The position numbers and the translations under genes were made by a program. A stretch of DNA of 64,000 nucleotides from the human T2T-CHM13v2.0 reference genome, Homo sapiens, in the NCBI RefSeq assembly GCF_009914755.1, contig NC_060926.1; one strand, written 5' to 3'. Positions 20,455 to 34,867 of the stretch are shown piece after piece. The notes under the pieces are model-generated. The model searched no databases. It saw nothing but the letters and a program-made list of their open reading frames with translations, and was not told where the DNA came from. Within the stretch, counting starts at the first letter, position 1; each line of letters opens with the position of its first letter.

Positions 20455-20769
20455 TGTTTTGGTTTTTTTTTTTTTTTTTTTTTTTTGAGGCAGAGTTTCG
20501 CTCTTGTCGCCCAGGCTGGAGCGCAATGGCACGATCTCGGCTCACTGCAACCTCTACCTCCCGGGTTCATGAGATTCTCCTCCCTCAGTCTCCTGAGTAG
20601 CTTGGATTACAGGCACCTGCCATCACGCCTGGCTAATTTTTGTGTTTCTTAGTAGAGATGGGGTTTCACCATGTTGCCAGGCTGGTCTCGACCTCTTGAC
20701 CTCAGGTGATCCACCTGCCTTGGCCTCCCAAAGTGCTGTGATTACAGGCGTGAACCACTGTGCCCAGCC
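20455..20769 (-). mobile_element. AluS
   Basis: Alu consensus; TSD tgattacttg. Confidence 0.9.
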
Positions 20770-20868
20770 TGATTACTTGCTTAATTATTTAGCCTCTCAC
20801 CCTCAAGACTAAAGTTCTGTGAGAACATGAAGTGTACTTATCTTGTTCACCATTAAAAAATTAAATGA

Positions 20869-21160
20869 GGCCAAGCGTGTTGGCTCACGTCTATAATCCC
20901 AGCACTTTGGGAGGCTGAACGGGGGTGGACTGCTTGAGCCCAGGAGTTCAAGAGCAGCCTGGGCAACATGGCCAAACCCCATCTCTACAGAAAATACAAA
21001 AATTAGCCAGGCATGGTGCCTTGGGTTTGTGGTCCCAGCTACGCAAGAGGCTGAGATGGGAGGATCACTTGAGCCCAGGAGGTCGAGGCTGCAGTGAGCC
21101 GTGATTGTACCATGGTACCCCAATCTGGGAGACAGAGTGAGACCCTGTCCCCTGCCACCA
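20869..21160 (+). mobile_element. AluJ-like
   Basis: ggatcacttgagcccaggaggtcgaggctgcag right arm; TSD ttaaatga. Confidence 0.88.
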
Positions 21161-21266
21161 AAAAGTTAAATGATTAATTAAGTACTTACCATAATACTCA
21201 GCCTTGTTTTAAGCTCTTTTTATAGATTAAGCTCATTTCATCTTTATAGCAAACCTTTGAGATAGA

Positions 21267-21883
21267 GTATTAGCTTCCTATTGCTGCTGTAACAAATTAT
21301 CATAGATCTATTGGCTTAAAACAGCACATATTTATTATCTATCTTCCAGTTCTGGAGGCCAGAAGATCGGTTTTGGTCTCACTGGGCTAGATTCATGATG
21401 TCAGCAAGGCGGCATTCTTTTCCTGTGGCTCCAGGAGGAATCTGTTTCCTTATTTGGGTTGTTGGCATAATTCAGTTCCCTGTAGGGAAGGCCTATCAGC
21501 TGCTGGCCATTCCTAGCTTCTAGAGGCCACTCACATTTCTTGGCTGGAGCTTCCTTTCTTCTACCTTCAAAGCCAACAGGGTTGGTCAAGTCTCTCTCAT
21601 GCTTTGAATTCCTTCTCCACCCTCTCTCTCCTCTTTCCTTTTCCTCCTTCTTCTTGTATTATCCCTGATTACAGATGGCAAAGTATCTTTCTTTTTAAAG
21701 ACTCACGTGATTAGATTGTGCTCCCCAGGTAGTCCAGCATTATCTCCGCATCTCAAGGTCTGGAACCTGAATCACATCTGAATCACATCTGCAAAGTGCC
21801 ATTTCCCACTAAGGTCACATATTGACAGGTGCCGGGCTTTAGGGGGTGGCTGTGTTTGGGGAGCCATTATCCTGCTTTCCATA
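21267..21883 (-). mobile_element. MaLR solo LTR (MLT1-type)
   Basis: ttcctattgctgctgtaacaaattat...ggcttaaaaca...cacatctgcaaag...gccattat motifs. Confidence 0.8.
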
Positions 21884-22129
21884 GGTAGTTACTACCATTC
21901 TCTTCCTCTTACAGATGAGGCAGCTGAGGTGCAGAGAGATTAACTAATGTTTTCAAGGTCACACAGTTAGCAGGGGGCGTCTGGGATCCCACTGCGGGCA
22001 GTGCTAGAATTCTTATGCCCTCTGCCGCGTGGGCTCCATGGTCTATCAGGACCTGAGCCAGGCATGTATAGGCAACTCAGCACTCACCCAGGGAGGGATG
22101 AATTTATGCTGGTCTTTTCTCTTCTTTGT

Positions 22130-22423
22130 CTTTTTTTTTGAGCGAGGGTCTTACTCTGTTGCCCAGGCTGGAGTGCTCTGGTGTGACCATAGTTCACTGT
22201 AGCCTTGACCTCCCTGGGCTCAGGTGATGCCTCCTGCCTCAGCCTCCTGAGTAGCTGGGACCACAGGCATGTGCCACCATACCAAGCTAATTTTTGTATT
22301 TTTAGTAGAGATGGGGTGTCACAATGTTGCCCGGGCTGGTCTTGAACTCCTGGGCCCAAGCAATTGGCCTACCCTGGTCTCCTAAAATGCCGAGAGTACA
22401 GGCATGAACCATTGTGCCCGGCC
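22130..22423 (-). mobile_element. AluJ-like
   Basis: Alu consensus, J-type arms. Confidence 0.88.
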
Positions 22424-23247
22424 TAGTCTCTTTTCTTAGAACAGAAGTGATTGATATTCAAGGATATTAAAAAAATTGGCATGTGTGAATTTCTAAAACT
22501 TTTAAAGGATAAAACAATTTGTGTCCCACGTAGATGAATTGCTTTTTAACTTTGCAATTTTTCTTGATTTGGGAAGCTCCCTTGCTATAAACTCGGCTGT
22601 TTCACTTCTACTCATCTTGTGCTCCTTAACCCCAGTGAGAGTTCTCTGTCAAATATGAGGCCCAAAAAATCAGCTACGGAGCCTCTCCTTTGTCATCAAA
22701 GAACTCATTCCGATTCAAAATAAATTTTAACGTGTAAATAAATCTACTTGAAAATCTTGCAAAATGCTAATAACGCAAACCATTTCTGGTTGGCTACTTT
22801 GTGCCGTATTTAGAAATATTCTGAGCCAGTTTTCACCACACTGTAATTATTGCCTCAAAAGACTTTAGTGGGTGGCACTGATGCTCTTCATCTTTGTACA
22901 ATGTACTCCACTGTACCAGGCCCTGTTCCCACACGTGTCCTGCAGCGATCTGTGGTCTACACGTTGTGATCTCTGCTTTTCTCCCGCTGGGTGTAGTTAA
23001 TCTCGGCTCTTTAAACTCAAAATACGGAGTTGTCTGCAGGAAGTCTCTGCTTTGTGCCTGGTAGATGAAGAGGAGCACAGATCATCCCCCAGGGGCATCT
23101 GTCTATCTGTCTGGCTTTGTCAGGCATTCTGCACAACTCCCAAGTTCCAGGGTTCTGCACATTTGCATTATAAGATTTTCAAGTAGATTTTTTTTTGGGT
23201 GTTAACATTAATTCTAAATATGAATGAGTCCCAGGAGAACAATTAAA

Positions 23248-23388
23248 CCCATTTATGCCTAGTGTTCCATTATTGGAACACTAAGTATGTAGGAATTATT
23301 TATATCCTACTGCTCAATGTCATTGCCAAGGTCTGATTTTTCACACACGTCTGCAATTCAAAAAATTGCAACCTCCAGCATAAATGGG
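23248..23388 (+). mobile_element. MER85 (piggyBac PGBD3-derived MITE)
   Basis: About 140 bp, TIRs CCCATTTATGC / GCATAAATGGG, TTAA-type flanks, internal palindrome GTTCCATTATTGGAAC. Confidence 0.92.
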
Positions 23389-23946
23389 TTAAAGTAGAGT
23401 GTTTTTGCAGCTAATGCTTTTTAAGCCTCTGTATTTGAAAGAGGCTTACTTAGGAAGTTGAACTTGGCTGGGTCTGTCACAACTGTCGCCTGAATACTGG
23501 TTTTTGTGCTGGACCCTGCACACTGCTGCAGGACTCGCAGCAGGAACCTACAAATCATGGTCCCTGCCCTCCCGGAGCTTTTGGCTTTGAAGAGGACAGC
23601 CACTGAACATGTGGTTCTTACACCCGTGGCAGGTGTGGTTCAACTCCTACTTTAGGGAGTTCAAGTCCAAGGACACATCCGCTCTGTCTGATAAAACACT
23701 TCTGATGGGACACAGAATGACACAAGCAGAGGGACCTGGGGAGGCTTCCGCTGGGGAGCATCTTAGCTGTGCAGACTCAGGGATAGCAATGTCATGGGAT
23801 GTCTGATATATAGATCCCCTTTGCCTGTGCAGGCTTGAAACAAAGGTTTTGTTGTTTTCAGCACATCTCACCAGGATTCCCAAAGTGCCTGTCATCCATC
23901 CTGTGCACCTTGTTTGACATCTTCCAGTTAGAAAAATATCATCTTC

Positions 23947-24410
23947 TTGCAGCACTATTCACAATAGCAAAGATATGGAATCAACCTAGATGCCCATCAG
24001 TGGTAGACAGGATGGATAAAGACAGTGTGGTACAGATACACCATGGAATACTATGCAGCCATAAAAAAGAATGAGATCATGTCTTTTGCAGGAACATGGA
24101 TAGAGCTGGAGGCCATTATCCTTAGCAGACTAACACAGGAACAGAAAACCAAACACTGCAATGTTCTCACTTATAAATGGGAGCTAAATGATGAGAACCA
24201 ATGGACACACAGGGAGGAACAACAGTTACTGGGGCCTACTTGAGAATGGAGAGTGGGAGGAGGGGGAGGATCAGAAAAAATAACTATTGGGTACTAGACT
24301 TTGTACCTGGGTGATGAAACAATCTGTGCAAAACCCCCCCCATGACATGAGTTTACCTGTATAACAAACCTGCACACGCACCCTAAACCTAAAATAAAAG
24401 TTAAAAAAAG
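23947..24410 (+). mobile_element. 5'-truncated L1 3' end (older L1PA type)
   Basis: ORF2 C-terminal remnant (YYAAIKKNEIMSFAGTWIELEAIILS), 3'UTR, AATAAA, A-tail, TSD aaaaatatcat. Confidence 0.9.
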
Positions 24411-25611
24411 AAAAAATATCATGTTCAGTGGATTCTATGTTTTAATGTCACTTTTATTTTGGAAGCTAATTGCTATTGGTCTTGGGATGCCATGGTAGAT
24501 GGTCCATAAAACTCTGTTGATTGGTACGGCTTCTGTAACGTGTGTCTTTCCTTGGACGCAGTAAATGGGCATCCTGTCCTCGACACAGAGATCTGCAGAG
24601 CTCTTAACTGTCCTTGAGTTCTAAGCTATATTTTGGATAGATGTCTGGTATGCCGAGCAGAAGTCTTAATGTTGTGATTCAAATGAAAACCAGAAAGACG
24701 GGAGGACCTGCAAACAACCCTGGTTTTCAGTCTTTCTGATCAGTCTCCTTCCTGTTTTCTTTTCCAGTGATCATAGACAGGCCATGGGAGGCTTTAGCTT
24801 CTTTGCCCCCGGCTTACTGTGTTCACAGCCTGTGCAGCTCATGATTTGGGGGTCTCCATCAGTTACCATGGTCTCTGCTCTCTAGATTGGTTCAAAGTGT
24901 CTGGCACAGAATGGAACTGCTTTCTAAGCAGATGGTACCCATGAATTCATACTGGGACAGGTCTTTTCTCAGGCTCATTCAGGCTCAGCCCAAGGACTCT
25001 TTATTTACAGGAAAGGGATCACAGTGTATCATGTCTGAAGAAATGCACACACGTGCATGCACACTCACACACACACACACACACAGAGTACACATTGCAT
25101 TTAAATTTGCCAGTGCAAATTTGTACTCCTTGTAATGAAATTATTAAACACTTCAATATAAAATTCATCTTTTTTCTCCCTCCTCTCAGTAGAAGGTGTT
25201 AGTTGTAGAAGACAAGTTGGACATTATTGATAAGGCTTGGTGAAGAGGAAAGAGCTTGTTCAACAGTCTGAAGGAGGTGGGCTGGGGCTTCTCATGGCCA
25301 GGCCCAGGAGACAGGTTGTAATGCTAAACAGGTTGCAATGCAGTTGCTAATTGACAGCCATTAGGTTGGGTGACATGACAGAGGGAGGTGACATGTCCAT
25401 GACTCTTGAGGACAGGGCCAAGAGTCATAGGACTGTTTGAGGGTGAAATGAAGTGGCATGTGAAATGCTGGCAAGAGTACCCTCTAAGGGAAATCTGTGT
25501 GCCATACTTAGGTGGAAATAGCCACCTCTGCAGGATTGTAAAATAACACTTTGATATTTTTGTGTTTCCCTTGCAGTACCACGTCCTGTCTGAACATCCT
25601 CTTCTTCTCAA

Positions 25612-25628
25612 AAGGTCATCATGACCTT
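25612..25628. promoter_or_regulatory. Perfect estrogen response element (about -9.5 kb)
   Basis: AAGGTCAtcaTGACCTT with 7-bp perfect arms. Confidence 0.93.
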
Positions 25629-26235
25629 ATTGTCTGGGACATATTTGGCCTTGCTCTGTTTTGTTCTTTCGTTACTTTTCATACTGTGCTTTCCAAAACA
25701 CATCAGTCATCTTCTCTTCACTGGTTGCATGGATGCTGGAGTCTGTGTGGCCTGTGGCAGACAACCCTGTCCATCCCCCCACTTCCTGGCTAGCAGAACT
25801 CTGATTTTGTTAGGGATAGCAGAGTACCTGGCTAAAAGCTTGATTTCCTAGGGTCTTTTGGAGTTAAGGTGGCCAAAAAACTAAGTCCTGGCCAATGTTT
25901 TGTAAGCAGACATCTATGGGCGGGTCTTCTAGAAACGCTGTTGTTTTTCTGGTAAAGCGGCCGTGTTCTTTTCATCCCTCATGTTTCTCTCTTCTGGTTT
26001 GGAAAGCGGACTACACTTGCTGCCTTCCAAAAGGCAGAAGGAGCTTTGATCTTGAAGTCATTGCAGACTTGCTGTTCCATGGGAAGAACAGACCTCTACT
26101 GGGTTAAGCCATTGTGGTTGGCTGTGTTACATGCAGCCAAATATGATTATTGATACGTGAGGTGCTTCTCTGAACTCATACTGATATGAGCCAAGCAATT
26201 TAAACATGTTTAATGGGGCCTTTAAAATGGCATCC

Positions 26236-26536
<301 letters not shown>

Positions 26537-27570
26537 TCAGGTCATATTCTCTTTCCTTTTGCCTGTTTCCTTTTGGAATGACCTACTCTGTTGATTGACT
26601 TGGGCCTCAGTTGGCCAAGACATGGGAGGCTATTCTCACACAGAAATTCTACCACTCTTGGTGATAGGGAAGCACTAACTGCAGGGTGTAAGACACCACT
26701 CTCCAGGCCAGGACTGCCCTACCCAGAGACAGACCAGCCTGGCAGGATGGAGCATGAGGTCGGGGCTCCAGCAGTCAGAACTTCATATGCCTGGTTCTGA
26801 ACGACCCATCTAGATTCTCCTGGCCCCGGCTCCATCCTGCTGTGAACTCACCTCCTGCCTGGACTCTCAGCATCATTGCTTTCCCCATGCTCTGCCGTGC
26901 CCTGATGGATCCTTTGTTGTAAAGCTTTGGGCTGCGTGGAGTCAAGTGCCTTCTGAATTTAACTTTGCCCGGAGAGTAACTCTGCTGTCATCTGTGGGTG
27001 GTGCTTCTAAGGCGTATTTCAGCTTGGCATAGAAGCATCAGACATTTGAGAGGGTTTCATCAAAGGCTTTCTTTTATCAATGCTAACTTAGCTTGTTCTA
27101 GTGCAAGAAAAATCCATAGAGGGCTTGAGTTCACGCAGGTTAATTATGGATAGAGCCCTAGTTTTATGAATGGTCTTAAACATTGTCCTTCGTTCTTCTG
27201 CACTCATCTTTGCCACATTTCTTTCTGTTTTACATCATACGGCACTTCATGAGACTCTGTGGCTCTAAGCTTTCTTCCTTTATATCACTAGTCCTCTTAG
27301 AGGAGAATAAGAGAGGAGCAGAATGTAGTAGAAAGATTATGAGCTTTGGATTTCAGTAAAGCTGTATTAAAATCTCAGCTTAACTACTTACTAGTTATGT
27401 GATCTTGGTTACTTAATATCTATAAGCCTTAGTTTTCTCATTAGTAAAACAAGAATTTTAGTGAAGATTAAATAACATTATGTATTCGGTACTAATTGTG
27501 ATCTTATTCTCTATAGCTACTCATGCCTTCTTCCCATATCTTGTTCTCTGGGGGCAAAAACTTTAAATCC

Positions 27571-27870
<300 letters not shown>

Positions 27871-29511
27871 TTCAATCCTTTTAACTGATTCTTTTGGTAA
27901 TTATCTTGATATTTCTAAATAACATATTTTGCTACTTCTTGATTTTTGAATTTTAGGTAATATTCTTAAGCTTTCTAATATGGAAGATAAGGATGTTGCT
28001 CTTTTTCACACATGCCTCATCCTCCCTACACAGACACCCACATCCTGCCCTCCATCCTTCCACTACAGTTATTTATGATTTAGATAGCCCAATTCAATGT
28101 ATACATCACTATAGTCATGTAAACACTTGGACAGCAGAGCCATGTAGTGTACTACTATTAGTTTTTTGTCCTGAATAGTTTTTTGCTTTCCCTGAAATTA
28201 GTCATTGCTTATTTTTTGAATGCACCTATTGCTATCATGCGGTCAAAAAAAATGGGGAAGTGATAAGTGCTACTAGTCATATTATTAGAAAGAAAGAGGC
28301 ATGTCACTTCTTCAAGGGAAAAGATATTTTCTCATGGCATTAAATTCTCAAAGTAACTTTGGTTGTGGGACCTCATATAAATGATACAGTGGACTTAATT
28401 TGTTAGGAAATGCCAAAGCCAATTCCATATGGCTGTTTTCTGTAATGGTTTCAGAAAATAACCAAGGTAATAACATTTCAGTGCAACTTTGGAAAGATAA
28501 CTTCACGAGGGACCAAGCTGCTCAGCCTAAAAATGCTTTGTGGGGAAGCTTGGTCCCAGAGTGGGACCTGGGCATCTGGTGGATTGGCTGGACAACCCAT
28601 CCCCTGGACAGTCTTTCCTGAAGGCCAGCCTCTCCAAATAGCAAGACTGCACTCATTCATTCAACCAGGAGCTATTCAGTGAGGCAGCCAGGCACTGCCT
28701 AGGCTCCATAGATTCTATAGTAAAACAGATGTGGACTCAGCTCTCATGTAGTTCAGGGTCCTACGGGAAGACAGACACTGAAGCATGAAGAGCTGGTGTG
28801 ACGGGTGCTCCAAAGGAAAAGTGCAGGAGGCCTGGGAGGGCGCCACACTTGACCCTAATCCCAAAAGCATTCTAACAAAGTCCCCCACATTTGTTGTTCT
28901 GCTGATACAGATCCTCAAACTGCTTTAAGACCTATCAATATCCCTAAGTCCCTTAATTTCCTTTCCCTTTAACTTTTTTGAAGGCTTTTCTTCTTTCTGC
29001 ACTGACAGTCAAATAACTGCAGAATAAACACACAATATCTCAGAATCAGCCTTTCTCAGGTTGTAAAATCAAATTCCACCAAACCCAAAACATCCTGAGG
29101 AAAACAGTACACCAGGGATTATGTCAGACCTTCCTGGTCCTAGCTGTTCACACCAGGAAAGTGCCCTGAATTCATAGGCTTGTGACTGTCTGAGGAACAG
29201 ATCACAAAAATCTAGAGATCACTGGTGAAACAGAAGAATGATGACTTTTCTATCTCTTTACATCTACTCCAAATCCACATTTATGTGAAAGCTCATTTGT
29301 GGCAGAAAGATCTTTCAAATCTATCCATACAAGGCAAGAATTTATACACTGCAAATACCCTCGTTGAAAGTAGCAGAATTATTTACTCCGATCAAGTGTT
29401 CTTCTATTCCTTGTCTTTAAAATGATATAACAGTTTCTTATTATGAGTCAGAGGGTTAGACTAGGTGAGAGATTTGAGTCTCCTTTGAGTTGTAAAATCT
29501 ATGGTTATAGA

Positions 29512-29646
29512 ATTTTTTTTTTGAGATTGAGTCTCGCTATGTAGCCCAGGCTGGAGTGCAGTGGCTATTCACAATCACAATTATAGTTCTCTGCAGTCTT
29601 GAACTCCCAGGCTTAAGCAACCCTCCTGCCTCAGCCTCCCAAGTAG
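29512..29646 (-). mobile_element. Partial Alu (right-arm monomer)
   Basis: Alu right-arm fragment; TSD-like tagaat. Confidence 0.8.
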
Positions 29647-30339
29647 AATATTTTATAAAGTCCTTTACCAAGTTATGCTTCATCTGTAAGCATTAATTGG
29701 TACCAAGTCTGTATTTCCTGGGCAAACTCCTTAATACCAATATGCCTATGAAATAATGTATGTTTGTGAAATTTTTCCTTTTTTTTGCTACCTATAGATG
29801 TTTATTCTAAAAGAATAACCAGACAATATTTTTTAGAAGTCATTCATTAATTAAATTGAATAAAGAATGAGCCCTTGGCAATTTTTTCAACTAGCTTTGG
29901 CAGTTCTCTACATTATTAAAATGTGACTTTGATTACTTGAAGTGCAGAGTTGCATTGCAGCAGTTATTATCTTCAAAAAAGAGAAGACTTTATTTTCTCC
30001 TGGTTTATATATATTTTTTGCCCACAGTGACTTTGAAAGTTCCCATTCACCAGAATTCAGAGAATCTGCCTCATTTGAAAATAATGGGAAGAGTAATCTA
30101 AAGAATATTTAAGGTAGTGAAATTGACAAATCTGTATTAAACCTGTAAAGATGGAAGAGTACCCCTCAACCCCATGAGAGAAAAGAGCCTGTAAAGCAGT
30201 AAAAAGACACATTGGAATCTATTGTAGGGCAGGGATGAAAACTAATTAAGAGCAAGATATGACTATCCACAGAAGGTTCTTTTGGTTTGCTAAGATAAAC
30301 TGAGGCGCTGGCTTAGGAATTGGAAAGAAACGAGAAACA

Positions 30340-30900
30340 GATAGTTAATACCCATAGGACGAGATGCTCAACTTCACTAGTAACAAGGGAAGTGCAAATT
30401 AAAACCACAATGAGATACCCTTTTACACCCACCAGACTGCCAAAAATTCAAAAGTCTGACGGTGACAAGCATGGATGAGGTTGTGGAACAGCCAGAACAC
30501 TTACTTACCTGATGATGGGGGTGTAAGTGGGTACCACCCCCTTGCTCTAGGGGAGCGATTTATGTAGCCCATAGTGTGAGCCCCCTGGAGTTCCCTGGCA
30601 GCTTTGTGACTTGTGTGTGTAACAGGAGACAAATAGTAATGTTGATTGATACAAGTTATGTGTGTACCCTCCTGACACACAAATGCTAGAAATACCTCAA
30701 ATAGACATAACATGTAGATTGGGAAGAGAAAGTGGTATATTTATATCATAAAATACTATACAGCATTGAATGTGAATGACTCACAGGTACAGGCAACATT
30801 GTGGATGAACTTCAGGAACATTGTATGAGGCAGAAAAGCAAGTCTTAGAAAATTCATACAGCATGAGCCCATTCATACACAGTTGAGAAATGTAAAACTA
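30340..30900 (+). mobile_element. Old L1ME 3' fragment
   Basis: gcaaattaaaaccacaatgagatacc...cacccaccagactg...atactatacagca motifs. Confidence 0.7.
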
Positions 30901-31018
30901 AACAAAACTAAATGTAAAATGAAACAATATGTTTCTTAGTTTAAAAGTTAAATGAAAATTAAGTTAAATTGGCTTGTCAGAAATGCTAAATTTGGAGGCT
31001 GTAGCCCAGAGGTACTGA

Positions 31019-31376
<358 letters not shown>

Positions 31377-31474
31377 TAGGTGATTCTTATGCACACTAAA
31401 GTTGATCTTTGCCAAATAGGAAAAAAAAAAAAAGTAAAATCTATGTTAAAATTTAGGTTAAAAGTTAAGTTACC

Positions 31475-31598
31475 AGGAGGCTGAGGCAGGGGAATCGCTT
31501 GAACCGGGAGGCGGAGGTTGCAGTGAGCTGAGATTGCACCACTGCTCTCCAGCCTGAGGACAGAGCGAGACTCGGTCTCAAAAAAAAAAAAAAAAAAA
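31475..31598 (+). mobile_element. 5'-truncated Alu
   Basis: Right-arm 3' part with A-tail; TSD ttaagttac. Confidence 0.88.
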
Positions 31599-32544
31599 TT
31601 AAGTTACAATTAAATCCATCATGTTGTTAAAATCATGAAGAGCAAGGGAAAAATAAACATAAAATTCAGGATGTGAGTTATGGGGGGCAGGGATGGAGGA
31701 CAAGAAGGGGACTTCAAAGACGATGATGAAGTGCACCTTCACCAGAACCTGCATGTGGTGCATGGTGTTCATCATATCATGAGTCTGTGCAACATACATA
31801 CCAATATTCTTTTGTATCTACTTAAGTTTAATACACACAATTTTTAAAAAGGGGTTAGAGTGAGGGTTGGCCAATGTGGGAAGGCTGTGTGGGGGAAATA
31901 GGATCTGAGGCTGGCCAGGAAGGGTGGGGAAGTTTGGTGTTTGCGGAGCAGACACCGGCTCTCTCTGGCCAGAGAAGCCCTTTGTACAAGGCTGCCCATC
32001 CCAGTCCATAACTCCATTAACCCCCCCAAAACTAGCCTAGTGCCAGGGAGAAAGAGTTCCCTAGGTAGGTGGGCCTGTTTGGAGGGTGTGGGCAGGTGCC
32101 CTGGCTGCTTCCTGAGTGGCCTCAGGCCCTGTACTGGAGGTCAGCTCAGTCAGTGTCACCCAGGCCTGGGGATATTTGCTTCTATTTAGCTCCCAGTAGG
32201 TTCCCAGTTTACTGTGGGAGTGTAGTTGCTTGACGCATACAAGCAGATGTTGAGCTAGAGCCTAGGCTGCCAAGGAGCTGGTTTAGTTCAGACCACTAAT
32301 TGTATAGAGGTTAAGTGACTTGCCTGCTGGAGATAGGCAGAGCCAGGTTGGTGCGACTCCAGCATTTGGTTCCTTTCATCTGTTCCACGTTGTGCAGCCT
32401 ACAGAGAGATTCAAGCTTGACGGAATTTCATGATTATAATTTACCCCAAAAAAGCTGTTTATAAAAAATGCATGTGATCATTTGTAAAAAATTTAGAAAA
32501 TACAGATGATTAGAAACAAGAAAAAAAAATTGCGTATAATTCTT

Positions 32545-32880
<336 letters not shown>

Positions 32881-33544
32881 TAATTCTTGTTTTAAAATAC
32901 CCACTGTTAACATTTTAGTGTATTTCCTCCCAGTCTTTTTTCTATGCATTTAAGAAAATTACAATTAGATTAGGTGTTAAAGATGTGAATGATACCGCTT
33001 TCTCTCTTTATATATACTTTTCTCTGCTTTCTACTATTGTTTCGTACTTTCTGTCATTTGAATATGCCATATTAAATATGTTGAAATTATCTTTGCTAAG
33101 GAGTCAACATTAGCAAGAATAAAGTGGGAAATGTTCATTTATTCCTGAAGAGTTTAGCAAAGATCATATATTCGAGTCATTAATTCTTGCTTCTTAACTG
33201 CTTGAAAATCAACCCGCGTATAGGAGCCCTTCATCAGTCAACACTCTCATGGCACTTATTTCTGGTAGGGGCCGGGAAACAGATGGGAAAGACAACTTCC
33301 TAGGAGCTCTGGTCTTGGAGCGAGGGAGGTTCATGAAAATTATACCTATGTTCAATTGTGGCCAATAAAATAAAGAAAATCAAGTGTGAATGGTTTCCTT
33401 GATCAGGGCTTGCTTCTGAAGGGCAGAGCTGATAACGTCCTCACTTTGAGCAAAAGCCACAAAGTAGTTATCTTTCCTTACGCCTTTAGTTTTTGTTTAA
33501 AGGTTCATTACGAACTTTAGCAGTGAAAAAAAGTGTGGCAACTG

Positions 33545-33557
33545 GGTCATTCTGACC
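33545..33557. promoter_or_regulatory. Perfect estrogen response element (proximal, about -1.6 kb)
   Basis: GGTCAttcTGACC (context gGGTCAttcTGACCt). Confidence 0.93.
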
Positions 33558-34867
33558 TAGAAGCAACCAAAATACTTCTGATTGCCGCAGCAGACAATGA
33601 TGAATCATACCTAAACAAGTTTGCTGCCTTTTCATTTCTGTGGGTCGTAATCAGACTCATTGTTTTGTAGCCAGTGAGACATTTGCAGCAGCATGTTTGG
33701 GTCTGTGGGAGGAGGGAGGCTTGCAGATCTTCCCAGCGATGTGTGTGCTTGTCCCCACTAGCGCAGTGGAAACAGTGTTCTTGTTATCCAGGTTTAAGCC
33801 CTGTTAGGGATATGGCTTGTCCATTGTCATCGTGATGATACTGCTTAAAGATATCCTTTGTTGAGCACCTGCCATATGGCAGACGGTGTAAAAGGTGCTT
33901 TACGGTCCTGGTGTCATGGAAAGCCTTCCAACAACCTTATGATAGAGGTATTATTATCTTCATTTTGCCAAGAAAACTGAGGCTCTGGGAAGTTAAGTCA
34001 GTCACATAGCCAGTAGATACCAGGCACCCATAAATGTTTGTTGAGTGAATGAATAAATGAAGGAATGAATGGCAACTCCAAACTAATGGGAGAGAAATGC
34101 AAGAAGAGAGAGACTGATCAACATGAGACAAAAAACTTGGTGCTACAAGTTAAGAGGTTTTGCACATCCCAATTATTCATTTTTGCAATTTTTAAGCTCC
34201 ACTTTCAAATAGAGACGGGGATTGGGATGGGATTTCAATGCAGGCGAATAACACAAGACAGATGGAGGAATATGTTTATGATCAGCAAAGAGATCACTCA
34301 TCTTGAAAAAAACAGATAAATGGGAAAACACTGAAGTGCCAGCCACAGTACTAAATACTCTACTACATTATCTCATTTAATCCTCACAAAGTCAGCTTTG
34401 AAGTCAGCACTGTTATCTCTGTTTATGGCTGAGGAAACTGGAGCTCAGGGAGTGAGGGAGGCTGTCCAAGGTCACACAGCTCCGGTGGGTGAGGGGGCAG
34501 GGACTGGACCCAGGCACACCCAGCTCCACAGCGTCCCTGAGACTCTGTAAACAGAAGCCGGGAACAACAATTTCATTATTTATGCTTGAATTTAATTTTG
34601 TGTTTGATGGAGGAAAAAATGGATGATACACAGATTGCTACCAACAAAACCCAACAATTGGTTCTTTGAGATTCTAGCTTAGTGCAGGGAGAAAGGCAAG
34701 CCGGTGATGAACGTTTTGGGGTAGCCAGAAACAATGAACTAGGGGTGACTGGTGTGAAATTCAGTTGTGTGGACCATATTTTCTAAACTAGAATCTGCAC
34801 ACCATGCTCTCCCGCCATGTTCTCCCCTAGGAGAAAATTGTAGCTTGCAGGCAGAAATGTAAACACA

